Sequence record: NC_028927.1 | Origin: Escherichia phage slur02 | Reading direction: 5' to 3' (one strand) | Length of the DNA stretch: 64,000 nt | Shown here: piece by piece, positions 1 through 9,091 of the stretch | How positions within the stretch are numbered: the first letter of the stretch is position 1 | Layout of the letters: each line of letters starts with the position of its first letter | Made by a program: the position numbers and the translations under genes | Notes under the pieces: generated by a model | What the model was told of the DNA's origin: nothing | Databases searched by the model: none | The model's input: only the letters and a program-made list of their open reading frames with translations

Positions 1-1442
1 GCAATATCGATTCGTGCTTTTTCACCTTCACTGAATGAAGCATAACTAAAATCTTCACGACCACGGGATTTAATTGTCTCATTAAATTCTTCATCTAATG
101 TAAACACATAATCCGCTTCCATTATTTTAAGATAATGGTTAATCTGCTTATTAAATAATGGAATGTACTTTTTAATAATAGCACCTTTAATACCAGAATC
201 TTTGAGCATATCAGTCAAAATTCCTCGGTGGTATTTTTCCATTACTAAATTAGTTTTTGTCTTAACAATTTTATCAAGTTCTTCTTGAAGCAGTGCTATT
301 TCATCAGCATGGTCAATAAACTCAGAAGATGCTTTTTCTATAGCCGCTTTAACTTTTTTAGCTTTATCTACTGCTGCGATCAGAGATTGCTTTTTATTGC
401 GAATATCATTTGCCAACGACTGCTGAGTTTTAATATTATCTCGGTATTCATCAACAAGAACTTTTAAATTATCACGATGTGTTAAAAGCTGTTCAAACGA
501 ATGCGTACATTCAGAAACTTTATCTTTAATTTTAGAAACAACTTTATCACCTGAACTTAATTGTGACAAGCAGGTTGGACATAATCCGCCTTCGTGATAC
601 ATATTAATGACTTTATTATACGAGTCAATTTTTGATTTAATTAAAACTGCTTCTTGACCGATTTTATTAAATGCATCAGTCGGGTCTTCATCTAAAACAA
701 TATTAACTAATCTTTCATTAGCTTCTTCTATTTCCGATTTTAGCGTTCTAGCTTCTTTTGCCAAATCATCATACATATTTTGCAGACGAGTAAGGTTGTC
801 ACCAGTTAATTTTTTCTGGCGTTCAACGTTATCATTATATATTTTAATTTGTTGGATAATACTATCTTTTTTAACATCAAGCACTTGGTTCTGCGAATTT
901 AATTCGCGTATTAGTGCTTTATTAAGCTTATCCATTTCAGCTAATGTTCCTACCTCAAGCAGGTCTTCCACAAGCTTTCTTCGCGCAGGGGTCGACAAAC
1001 CCATGAAAGGGGTATACCCTGCTGTACCAAGGACAACAATCTGCTTGAAACTGGCATATGACATTCCGATAAGCTGTTCAAATTCTGCTTGGAAATCTTT
1101 ACTGCTGGCAGATTCATTAAGACGTGTACCGTTAACGGTGATTTCGAAAACGTTCGGTTTTTGTCCTCTTTTGATATAGTACTTTTTCTCATCATATTCC
1201 ATCCACAGTTCAACTAAAAGTTCTTTCTTATTTGTGCTGTTTATTAATTGACCTTTCTTTACATCGCGAAATGGCTTACCAAAAAGCCCAAATGTGATGG
1301 CTTCTAACATAGTAGACTTACCACCGCCATTTCGTCCAGTAATAAGAGTTTTTTGAACCTTATCTAGTTGAATGTCAATAGGATTTCCACCTACTGACAT
1401 TATATTTTGATACCTAACTCGGTTTAGTTTAAAATTCTTCAC
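1..1442 (-). CDS. 46: Recombination/repair ATPase gp46 (Rad50/SbcC-like); C-terminus cut by window edge
   Basis: Frame open from GTG at 1442-1440 to position 1; Walker A GRNGGGKST near N-terminus; ABC signature FSEGEKARIDIA at 1-44; AAGGAA RBS 6 nt upstream of GTG; alternative in-frame ATG at 1400. Confidence 0.85.
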   Translation of the reverse strand, partial: MKNFKLNRVRYQNIMSVGGNPIDIQLDKVQKTLITGRNGGGKSTMLEAITFGLFGKPFRDVKKGQLINSTNKKELLVELWMEYDEKKYYIKRGQKPNVFEITVNGTRLNESASSKDFQAEFEQLIGMSYASFKQIVVLGTAGYTPFMGLSTPARRKLVEDLLEVGTLAEMDKLNKALIRELNSQNQVLDVKKDSIIQQIKIYNDNVERQKKLTGDNLTRLQNMYDDLAKEARTLKSEIEEANERLVNIVLDEDPTDAFNKIGQEAVLIKSKIDSYNKVINMYHEGGLCPTCLSQLSSGDKVVSKIKDKVSECTHSFEQLLTHRDNLKVLVDEYRDNIKTQQSLANDIRNKKQSLIAAVDKAKKVKAAIEKASSEFIDHADEIALLQEELDKIVKTKTNLVMEKYHRGILTDMLKDSGIKGAIIKKYIPLFNKQINHYLKIMEADYVFTLDEEFNETIKSRGREDFSYASFSEGEKARIDI

Positions 1443-1702
1443 AAAAGATTCCTTTTAATGTATCTTTTAGACCATTCTATCATATCATCATAATCTAAAA
1501 AGTATTCATCAAATTCAGCCATGCAAACAACGCCTTGTGCTGCTTTTGATGTGATATAAATTATTCCAACATATCTAGAATCTTCTTCGGTGTAATCAAT
1601 ATTTGCTATGAATTCATCATTAATGTCAAATGTCGAAAACTTCACAGTATGCATCCTTAATACAAGATACAGCCATATCTTGTAATGATTTAGGTGTGTC
1701 AT
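1439..1702 (-). CDS. Hypothetical small protein (true start may be the internal Met)
   Basis: ORF track 87 aa; stop overlaps gene 46 GTG start (GTGA). Confidence 0.35.
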   Translation of the reverse strand: MTHLNHYKIWLYLVLRMHTVKFSTFDINDEFIANIDYTEEDSRYVGIIYITSKAAQGVVCMAEFDEYFLDYDDMIEWSKRYIKRNLL

Positions 1703-1889
1703 TATCTAAAATGTTGAAGTTAAAAGATACAGCCCAGTCAGTGCAGACTGTAACCTTTTTAATACAATTATCTTCAACCTCTAACGGTTCAAACCAATAT
1801 TCAATAATTTCTTTATGCCCAATATCATCTTTTACTTCGCATTCAAAATGCTGACTCATCATAACATTTTTAAATTCATCAAAAGTCAT
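1626..1889 (-). CDS. Hypothetical small protein
   Basis: ORF track 87 aa; start overlaps gp47 stop, typical T-even coupling. Confidence 0.4.
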   Translation of the reverse strand: MTFDEFKNVMMSQHFECEVKDDIGHKEIIEYWFEPLEVEDNCIKKVTVCTDWAVSFNFNILDNDTPKSLQDMAVSCIKDAYCEVFDI

Positions 1890-2905
1890 TGTGTTGCCTC
1901 TACATATAACTGATTTGCATATTGAATAAGTGCTTCACGGTCAGAATCAGTGATGTCTGGAATTGCATTAATGTATTCTTCCATCAACGTCTGAAGAGAT
2001 TGAACTTCAACTTCTTCACTGTCATCTGACTCGACAGAGTTATCAATTTTTGACACAACTCGTAATGAATGCACAACTTTTTCTAGTTCAGATTCGAACT
2101 TCGTTAGATTTTTGTCTACTTCAGTTACTATAACACGTACTGATAGATTTGTAAAATCTTTATAGTCAATTTTTCCTTTAAATGGATAATGAATTCTACG
2201 ATGCCAGGTAGTGTTGTTTGGAATAAATTCCATTCGTTCTGTTTCTGTATCAAACATCCAGAACCCACGAGGGTCATTCTCGTCACCTGCGGTTAGTGTC
2301 CATGGTGTCCCAATATATCTGACGTTAGCAGCCTCAGAGATAGTATGGAAGTGACCAGACCACACTTCTTTATAAGTCTTAAGGAAATCAGGTTCAAGAC
2401 CATGAGATTTCATTCCTTTATAAAAATAAAATCCGTTCAGTTCCCAGTGACCAACGCAAAAAGAAGCAGATGAAGTTTTGATGTGTTCAAGAATTTCACC
2501 AGTATTTTCTTCACACATCCAAGGAATTAAATCAATTAAACATCCGTCAAAATCTACTGTAGTAGGCTTATCATACACTTTAACATTAGGATATTTAGCC
2601 AAAAGCTCAGTAGAAGCATTTGGAGTTAAAGTATTTTTAAAGTGCATATCATGGTTTCCTACAACAGTATGCAGTGTAATACCAGCATCATCAAGCATTT
2701 GAACTATTTCACGAGCGAACTCCATAGTTTTATGCGTGATTGCTTTTCGCACATCAAAAATATCGCCGTATTGAATCCATGTAGTAATTCCATTTTTCTT
2801 AGAATATTCTATTGCTTGTTTAATTCCATCCAACTGAATGGATTGAATCCACTCATCATCGGCTTTAACACCTAAATGCCAATCACCTAAATTTAAAATT
2901 TTCAT
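1886..2905 (-). CDS. 47: Recombination nuclease gp47 (Mre11/SbcD-like phosphoesterase)
   Basis: 339 aa; calcineurin-like motifs GDWHLG, GDIFD, GNHD; adjacent to Rad50-like gene. Confidence 0.9.
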   Translation of the reverse strand: MKILNLGDWHLGVKADDEWIQSIQLDGIKQAIEYSKKNGITTWIQYGDIFDVRKAITHKTMEFAREIVQMLDDAGITLHTVVGNHDMHFKNTLTPNASTELLAKYPNVKVYDKPTTVDFDGCLIDLIPWMCEENTGEILEHIKTSSASFCVGHWELNGFYFYKGMKSHGLEPDFLKTYKEVWSGHFHTISEAANVRYIGTPWTLTAGDENDPRGFWMFDTETERMEFIPNNTTWHRRIHYPFKGKIDYKDFTNLSVRVIVTEVDKNLTKFESELEKVVHSLRVVSKIDNSVESDDSEEVEVQSLQTLMEEYINAIPDITDSDREALIQYANQLYVEATQ

Positions 2906-3065
2906 ATATCAAGAACCGTCATTGAAATGCAAAATAAAATTATTGAAATAAATCCATCTGGAGTGCTAAAGAACCCAATCCAACATGCTCTAGTGAATAG
3001 ATAAAATGCAAGAAAAAGTATCACATATCCAAGAAATATCATTATATCAAACTCCGTATAAAGCT

Positions 3066-3083
3066 AAAGGGCCGAAGCCCTTT
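3066..3083. terminator. Perfect hairpin at the agt 3' end, terminator-like in both orientations
   Basis: AAAGGGC-CGAA-GCCCTTT then TTATTTT on plus strand; agt stop lies in the stem. Confidence 0.5.
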
Positions 3084-4284
3084 ATTTTGTAATAATGTCA
3101 AACTGTTCTTTAAAGCAGAAGCTTGAATCTTGATGCTGATACAAAAATTCATACGCTTTTTCTCGCTCACGGTCATAAAGAGCTCGGTCAGATGACAGTT
3201 CTTTAATACGTTCAAACGTTGATTCCATATCATTTTCATCAAACCAAACGATACCGCTATCATGCGAGGTCAAAGGAGTATTATCAACACGGAATTTTAA
3301 ATTTTCGCCAGTAGATTTCCAAAATACCGGAATTGTTCCACATGCACCAAGCTCGAGGTGAGTATATTCTAAAGAGCGCTGTAAATATTTTTTGTCCAAC
3401 TTACTCAACTGATAACCAAATCCGGATTTACTCATACGTTCAAGCATTTCGCTATTTACATAACGGTCAAGAATTTGCGTTGGCAAATTAGGAGCAATTT
3501 TAATTTGGTCTACTTGATGAAGACGATAATACTCGTATGGAATTCCTTTTTCTTTAATAGGAATGAACGCTGGAGAACGTTCCAGACCTTCCATAATAGT
3601 ACTTAGTCCTGCAGGTTTAAGATGTTTTTCGTGAAAATCAAACATCTGATAAAAACCTTTCCATGTAGTCGTACGACCAATCCAGCGGTTGATATTCATA
3701 TTAATTTCAGAAACATCTTTCCAGTAGGTTGACCGAACCTTCGCAATATCCATAGGAGGCTGAAAGTTATATACTGTCGGCGCTTCTTCAATATCATCAA
3801 ACAAAGAAACTGTTTCAGGATACCATTCTTTCATCAGAACTTTATTAAAATCACCATTATCAGAATGGCTAAAAATAACATCAGCTCGACGAACAGTTTC
3901 TTCTAATCCCAAATTTCGACGCAAAGAAAGAGAAGAATGGTCATGCTGATAAACTACAACACGAACAGAAGGTTTAATGTTATCAATAATTTTTTTATAG
4001 TTATTAATAGTGTCTTCTTCAACCGAAGTAGCAGGAACTGAATTGATAATTAGAATATCACAATCATTTACCAGCTTAAGTGTTTTATCGTATTCTTTTG
4101 ACAATAAAACCGGAATTGAAAATGATTTATAATCATGTGCACAGTTACGAGTAAATGATTTATCTTTAGCATAAACCAAAGTTACTTCATGACCATTTTT
4201 AATAAACCAATCACGTTGCTCAAGAGAAAATTTAGTTACACCACAACCTTCAAGACCTCGAGCCATAAAAATACATACTTTCAT
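3082..4284 (-). CDS. agt: DNA alpha-glucosyltransferase
   Basis: 400 aa, near-identical over long stretches to my recollection of T4 alpha-gt (MKVCIFMARGLEGCGVTKFSLEQRDWF...FKEQFDIITK). Confidence 0.9.
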   Translation of the reverse strand: MKVCIFMARGLEGCGVTKFSLEQRDWFIKNGHEVTLVYAKDKSFTRNCAHDYKSFSIPVLLSKEYDKTLKLVNDCDILIINSVPATSVEEDTINNYKKIIDNIKPSVRVVVYQHDHSSLSLRRNLGLEETVRRADVIFSHSDNGDFNKVLMKEWYPETVSLFDDIEEAPTVYNFQPPMDIAKVRSTYWKDVSEINMNINRWIGRTTTWKGFYQMFDFHEKHLKPAGLSTIMEGLERSPAFIPIKEKGIPYEYYRLHQVDQIKIAPNLPTQILDRYVNSEMLERMSKSGFGYQLSKLDKKYLQRSLEYTHLELGACGTIPVFWKSTGENLKFRVDNTPLTSHDSGIVWFDENDMESTFERIKELSSDRALYDREREKAYEFLYQHQDSSFCFKEQFDIITK

Positions 4285-4337
4285 TTAATATCCTCTTTGT
4301 TTTGGTTTATTTTACCAAAATTTTATAAAGCAATATA

Positions 4338-4351
4338 GGAGCCGAAGCTCC
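4338..4351 (-). terminator. Stable hairpin (UUCG tetraloop on minus strand)
   Basis: GGAGC-CGAA-GCTCC; no strong U-run, may be an RNA-stability element. Confidence 0.35.
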
Positions 4352-4524
4352 TATCCACATAATACGCCATACAGAGGCTCATTAGAACTTTTAAATTTTA
4401 TGCGCTTATATTTTATAGTTCCTTCTGCTTTAGCTTTATCATGAGACTCTTTAAAGAGTCTCATCATTTCCTCTTTAGAGGAACGAATTTTATTATAATC
4501 TATTTCAGAAGTCTGGGTGTTCAT
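4351..4524 (-). CDS. Hypothetical 57-aa protein
   Basis: Own reading of minus strand (below the ORF track cutoff); stop codon runs into hairpin at 4338-4351. Confidence 0.25.
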   Translation of the reverse strand: MNTQTSEIDYNKIRSSKEEMMRLFKESHDKAKAEGTIKYKRIKFKSSNEPLYGVLCG

Positions 4525-4527
4525 CTT

Positions 4528-4734
4528 TCATAACTGCCACCATTTTTTGACTTGATAAGAATCAACCCACACTTTCATATTAGGGTCTGCTCTTACAATA
4601 GGAGGATTAACTTCTTTAATTGAACTATCATGGTATTCTTTTTCAGAAATTTTCACACAAAGATGACCATTCAAAGATTCAGTAAATCCTGCATTAATTT
4701 TAAGACGCTTGAATTTTACGTGTGTAAGCATCAA
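4528..4734 (-). CDS. Hypothetical small protein
   Basis: ORF track 68 aa. Confidence 0.3.
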   Translation of the reverse strand: MMLTHVKFKRLKINAGFTESLNGHLCVKISEKEYHDSSIKEVNPPIVRADPNMKVWVDSYQVKKWWQL

Positions 4735-5017
4735 TCATATCCTCAATTTGCGATCTAGTAGTCTTCCAAAGAATACTGATGAGTTCATCGTTATATGGCT
4801 GTTTTAGAATATCCCGACTTTTCTTGATAGCATATTCGTATTGAGCAAAATTATTGTTTTCAGCTGCAATCTGAGCGTGCTTATAAAGACGATTCAGTTC
4901 GCGTTTGTTTTTAGACAATAACTTATTTGCTTTTCTTTCTGCTTCAAGACGGTTCTTTTCTTCAATAGAAGAAATAAGCTTTTCCACTTCATCATTAATT
5001 TCGGGTTTATCAGTCAT
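4700..5017 (-). CDS. Hypothetical protein, charged/helical
   Basis: ORF track 105 aa. Confidence 0.5.
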   Translation of the reverse strand: MTDKPEINDEVEKLISSIEEKNRLEAERKANKLLSKNKRELNRLYKHAQIAAENNNFAQYEYAIKKSRDILKQPYNDELISILWKTTRSQIEDMIDAYTRKIQAS

Positions 5018-5018
5018 A

Positions 5019-5237
5019 TTATTTCTCTAATATAAAATAAAAATCATCATCTGTTAAATGATACCTGTAATTTAATTCTACACCATTAGATTTAAAAGCG
5101 GTATCATACGGATTTTCTGGATCAATATCAATGTCAAGAGCTAAAACTTCCCTGAGATACATTTTAAGTAAATAGGGAATAGCTTCAACTTCAGGTATTT
5201 CTTCCAAGAATCCGGAGAGGTTAATCGTTAGCCTCAT
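5019..5237 (-). CDS. Hypothetical small acidic protein
   Basis: ORF track 72 aa; tightly packed with gp55. Confidence 0.45.
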
Positions 5238-5778
5238 ATAAAAAATCCAAACTAGGAGAATCGTCTACAACACTTTTCTTTTCAGCCCCCGGTGTTCTAT
5301 AGGTTGATTCTTCGTAATGCGTCATTTTATCGTAGATGTCTTGAATAAAAGTTTCATCTACTAACGCAACCATATCGTCGTCACGGCTGTCATAGACATT
5401 GTGAACGAAGTAACTATATTTCTTTGCAACTTCCTTACGTTCTTTTTTAATACGTTGGACGAATGCATTAAAACAAGCTTGAGTTATATATGCATGTGGG
5501 TTTTTATATTTCGTTTCATCAAAATTATGAAGCCCCTTAATAGAAGCTTCTATACCATCTGCAATCATTTCTTGTTTCCAAGACTGGGTGTATCCTGAAA
5601 AGTTGAAACGTTTAGATAAGCCTTCTGCAATAAGCATAATGGCTAATCCGATAGTATCATTCTGACGAACTACTTTATTTGGGTCTTTATTATTTGCTAA
5701 TTCTGTTTTCCAATCAATAATAGCTTGTAAAAGCTCTTTATTGTTTACGTAATTATATTTAGGCTTAGTTTCTGACAT
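5221..5778 (-). CDS. 55: Late-transcription sigma factor gp55
   Basis: 185 aa from [20 protein letters not shown]..., matching recalled T4 gp55; ORF track adds two N-terminal residues. Confidence 0.9.
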
Positions 5779-5856
5779 TTTCACCTCTTAGCTCAATTCA
5801 TAGATCTATTATATCATAATATTTGAAGATCTATCTTAAAGCATAGAGGATATCAG

Positions 5857-6126
5857 TTATCTAAGTAAACAGTATGCTTGGAATACTTTTTCCATCATCT
5901 TTTTAAATTCATGAATATCTATATAATGACTAGTTAGATCAGCATGATATAAAAAGTCTAAAAACTTTTCATGTGTGCTAACATATTCGCTTTCATTTAA
6001 TTCAGAAACATGGCTTTCCCAATATCCAACACCAGTCTTATTTGGGAAAAATGAAATTTTCATGCATTGATCAACATAGAAAATGCCATAATTTTCAATA
6101 GTAATAGAAATATTAATAAATTTCAT
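5857..6126 (-). CDS. Hypothetical protein
   Basis: ORF track 89 aa. Confidence 0.45.
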   Translation of the reverse strand: MKFINISITIENYGIFYVDQCMKISFFPNKTGVGYWESHVSELNESEYVSTHEKFLDFLYHADLTSHYIDIHEFKKMMEKVFQAYCLLR

Positions 6127-6338
6127 ACATTCATCAGCTTAGCCGCTCCAAGAGCTGCATCTAGTGAATCAAATTGGTCAACATATTCAATCAATTCGCC
6201 GTAATTGGCATATAACCACCATTGGCTAAATTCATACTCAAGGATGAATCCATTTCCTTCAATTTGAGTTAAACCAATGTCATTTGTATTTACTTCATAC
6301 CCAGCGAGACGTAAATCGTTAATAAGAGCTTCGTTCAT
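6123..6338 (-). CDS. Hypothetical small acidic protein
   Basis: ORF track 71 aa; ATGA-type overlap with neighbours. Confidence 0.45.
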   Translation of the reverse strand: MNEALINDLRLAGYEVNTNDIGLTQIEGNGFILEYEFSQWWLYANYGELIEYVDQFDSLDAALGAAKLMNV

Positions 6339-6340
6339 AA

Positions 6341-6667
6341 TTATACCTTAGTAATTTTCAGGTCTGCAAATTTTTTCTTGCGTTGATTTTTCATGCGACG
6401 AATAGTTTTATCGGAAATTTCATGCTTTTGATAAGCTTTAGATTCTACACCAAAAGCTTTAACATCAAATTCTGACAAGATATATTGAACCAACAATTCA
6501 CGGATAGTATTACGTCCAATCTTCTGATCATTCTGTTTCATCGTCTGATGAAGCTCTTTTTCCCATTTATCCAAAATTTGAGGAGTTACAATATCGCCTT
6601 TTTCTAGCAAAGAAACTACTTTATCATATGCGTAAGAATTGATGGCGTTTTTAATTTGAATAGTCAT
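6341..6667 (-). CDS. Hypothetical protein with basic C-terminus
   Basis: ORF track 108 aa. Confidence 0.5.
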   Translation of the reverse strand: MTIQIKNAINSYAYDKVVSLLEKGDIVTPQILDKWEKELHQTMKQNDQKIGRNTIRELLVQYILSEFDVKAFGVESKAYQKHEISDKTIRRMKNQRKKKFADLKITKV

Positions 6668-6705
6668 ACATTATCCTCAATTACGTTAAAATTTTATTAT
6701 CCAAA

Positions 6706-6721
6706 AAGGGCCGAAGCCCTT
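6706..6721 (-). terminator. Hairpin terminator
   Basis: Minus strand AAGGGC-UUCG-GCCCUU then UUUUGG; stop codon of 6720-6920 in stem. Confidence 0.5.
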
Positions 6722-6920
6722 AGCTAAACTTTTTGGCACCCTTCCAGCCTTCATACATCATTGCGGCTGATATTAATATTGCTCCTGAGCAACTTGAATA
6801 TTTGTGATTCCAAAACCAGTTTAGAAAAACTTCGTCATCAATACCTTGGGCTATCATATTTTCAAAGAACTGACGACGAGCTTCGGCAATTCGCTGCGAT
6901 AATTTAGATTCAGGATTCAT
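6720..6920 (-). CDS. Hypothetical small protein
   Basis: ORF track 66 aa; stop embedded in hairpin 6706-6721. Confidence 0.45.
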   Translation of the reverse strand: MNPESKLSQRIAEARRQFFENMIAQGIDDEVFLNWFWNHKYSSCSGAILISAAMMYEGWKGAKKFS

Positions 6921-7136
6921 TTAAATTTTCCAATTACCATTTTCATCAATAAATTTAATCCAGTCATTTACTGACCACTTAGTTGTATCACCTTTTGGAG
7001 TAACATTTAAAGTGTATAACCCCTGCTTAAAAAGCATTCGTTTGATATTCATATTTTCCTCAGCTGTAACGATAACACTCGTTTGATTTACGTTTAGCAA
7101 CTCGTTGAGAAGTATTATAATCAAAATCATCGTCAA
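6921..7136 (-). CDS. Hypothetical small protein
   Basis: ORF track 71 aa; overlaps next ORF so start uncertain. Confidence 0.35.
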   Translation of the reverse strand: MTMILIIILLNELLNVNQTSVIVTAEENMNIKRMLFKQGLYTLNVTPKGDTTKWSVNDWIKFIDENGNWKI

Positions 7137-7353
7137 TGTAAACTGATTTTTTCAACTTTCTTACTTCACCGCGTAATTGACGATTTAGCTCATCTTTAAC
7201 TTCTGAATCAATACCTTTCATTCTACGCCATTTATCTGAGCGAAAAATGTTTTCAACCATATCTTTATGACTTACACCATCAGGAGCTTTACGCTTTCCG
7301 AAATAGTCATAATCACGTACTTTTAAATCTTTACGACGATACGTTTTACCCAT
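7060..7353 (-). CDS. Hypothetical basic protein
   Basis: ORF track 112 aa trimmed to internal Met (MGKTYRRKDLKV...), which overlaps the upstream stop. Confidence 0.4.
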   Translation of the reverse strand: MGKTYRRKDLKVRDYDYFGKRKAPDGVSHKDMVENIFRSDKWRRMKGIDSEVKDELNRQLRGEVRKLKKSVYIDDDFDYNTSQRVAKRKSNECYRYS

Positions 7354-7522
7354 GGAGTTTAATTTCCTTAGCAACTGAACTAAATACAGCACGATCACAA
7401 ACCATGCGTTTGTTCCATTTAATCACAGTATAATGAACATCTAGATCATCGACTGCTGTAACAATAACGATATGTCCGTTAACACGATAGTACTGGTCAA
7501 TTTTAATCTCTTTATCAACCAT
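7346..7522 (-). CDS. Hypothetical 58-aa protein
   Basis: Own reading (MVDKEIKIDQYY...); early promoter just upstream. Confidence 0.3.
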   Translation of the reverse strand: MVDKEIKIDQYYRVNGHIVIVTAVDDLDVHYTVIKWNKRMVCDRAVFSSVAKEIKLHG

Positions 7523-7552
7523 ATCAATTCCTCAAAGGTAATTCATATGTTA

Positions 7553-7581
7553 ATAATACCACGGTTTGAACCTGTTGTAAA
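7553..7581 (-). promoter_or_regulatory. Early (sigma70-type) promoter
   Basis: Minus strand TTTACA-17-TATTAT. Confidence 0.55.
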
Positions 7582-7680
7582 CAACTTTGTGAAAAATATT
7601 TTAGGGAATGATAAGAAAGGAACGATAGCTTAGAATGGTAATATACAGAATGTGAGAAAGAAAGGCCCAGAGGGCCCGTC

Positions 7681-8004
7681 TTAATCTTCTATGATATCTC
7701 TATCATATCCAAGTGAAATGAGAGTTTCTTTGAAGTGTTTAATGTTCTTTTGTCTAGAATCATTAATGAAAATGACTGGATAACGAATGTTAAGAGATGT
7801 GAATCCAGCGCGTTTAGCAAGAGATACAATCAGTGGACGATCATACTCAATCTTACCGTTATTTGTAAGAACTTTATAGAAAGTAAAAGGAGCATTGAGC
7901 TCCTTTAGAAGTTTTGTAACTGATTGACATCCAGGACAACGACCTACTTCATCTGGAATTCCATAGACTTCAATCTTATTCTTTAAGTTCGAGTTTTGTT
8001 CCAC
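7681..8004 (-). CDS. nrdH: Glutaredoxin-like protein NrdH
   Basis: CPGCQ redox motif; start taken as in-frame GTG with AAGGAA RBS, start uncertain. Confidence 0.65.
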   Translation of the reverse strand: MEQNSNLKNKIEVYGIPDEVGRCPGCQSVTKLLKELNAPFTFYKVLTNNGKIEYDRPLIVSLAKRAGFTSLNIRYPVIFINDSRQKNIKHFKETLISLGYDRDIIED

Positions 8005-8287
8005 GAGAAATAATTCCTTGGTAAGCCCAATAAGGAGGATTAACAGAATCCTCACCAGAGTTTTCTTCAGGAAAATAAACCTGGATAACAAATCCAGACG
8101 CATCAAAGGTAAAATAAACCGTAGGTAGTTCACCTAACAATTCGGCACGAGTATTAATTTCTTCGAGATCTCGTTCACGTCCAGCCCAAAAACTAGGATT
8201 TAGACTACATTCGTAAAAATAATAGTCATTACCGAACATATCAAAACCCTTCCAACTCTCTACCACATACCGCTCAAAACTAATCAT
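7976..8287 (-). CDS. Hypothetical protein
   Basis: ORF track 103 aa. Confidence 0.5.
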   Translation of the reverse strand: MISFERYVVESWKGFDMFGNDYYFYECSLNPSFWAGRERDLEEINTRAELLGELPTVYFTFDASGFVIQVYFPEENSGEDSVNPPYWAYQGIISRGTKLELKE

Positions 8288-8289
8288 AA

Positions 8290-8505
8290 TTAAGCCTTTT
8301 TATCAAGAACAGAATTCAGCTTGTTAGTAATTTTATCCAGACGCTCATTAAACTCACTAGAAGATAAGCCCTTTTCTGGAGAAATTAAACTAATAACGAA
8401 AAATATAGCAATAAAAGGAATAAGGAAAATAGCTCCAACTGCCATAAACAGAAAGAATGTTACAGTTGTAAGAAAATCAGCTAAACCTTTACGAAATTTA
8501 TACAT
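8290..8505 (-). CDS. Hypothetical small membrane protein
   Basis: ORF track 71 aa; hydrophobic core FFLFMAVGAIFLIPFIAIFFVISLI. Confidence 0.45.
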   Translation of the reverse strand: MYKFRKGLADFLTTVTFFLFMAVGAIFLIPFIAIFFVISLISPEKGLSSSEFNERLDKITNKLNSVLDKKA

Positions 8506-8620
8506 ATTTTACCCTTAATTAATTAACAAAGCATTGATAAGTACTAAACTATATTGGGAATAAAATTCTGGACCAAAATGAAAAATCATATCATTTATAG
8601 TATCCATAATGCAATTCAAT

Positions 8621-9091
8621 TTAATCATGTTTCCACACCCCATCGGTATTTGACCAAAGTCGCTGATTATCTGATCCTCGCCACAGCTTTTTAGTCGGAA
8701 GATTTTTCTCATACTTCCCATCAATAATAACATCAACATATTTAAGCATTTCTAGTTGTTTAATATCTTCAAACTTATATCCTGTCCACAACCAAATGCT
8801 TTTATTGGGATAAAGATTTTTTACTGTTTGAACCACAGAGTGAATCACATCTCTGTTATCAGGATAAAGAGGGTCACCCCCAGTTATAGTTAATCCTTCT
8901 ATATAATCATTATTCAAACATTCAATTAATTGTTCTAGTGTTTCACCAGTGAATGGAACACCATTTCTAGCATTCCATGTTGATTTATTATAACACCCTT
9001 CGCATTTATGCAAACAACCCGTAACGAAAAGAACGACCCTGCAACCAGGGCCATTCACAAAATCGCAAGGATAAAATCTATCATAATTCAT
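8621..9091 (-). CDS. nrdG: Anaerobic ribonucleotide reductase activase (radical SAM)
   Basis: 156 aa; CLHKCEGC radical-SAM cysteine motif; directly downstream of nrdD. Confidence 0.9.
   Translation of the reverse strand: MNYDRFYPCDFVNGPGCRVVLFVTGCLHKCEGCYNKSTWNARNGVPFTGETLEQLIECLNNDYIEGLTITGGDPLYPDNRDVIHSVVQTVKNLYPNKSIWLWTGYKFEDIKQLEMLKYVDVIIDGKYEKNLPTKKLWRGSDNQRLWSNTDGVWKHD

Noticed and set aside
796-1179. Plus-strand ORFs from the track lying inside the minus-strand early region (for example 796-1179, 9091-9315, 10141-10596, 13282-13518, 27011-27537)
   Set aside because: They are antisense to well-supported minus-strand genes (gp46, nrdD and others), lack promoter or RBS context, and have low-complexity composition typical of shadow ORFs.
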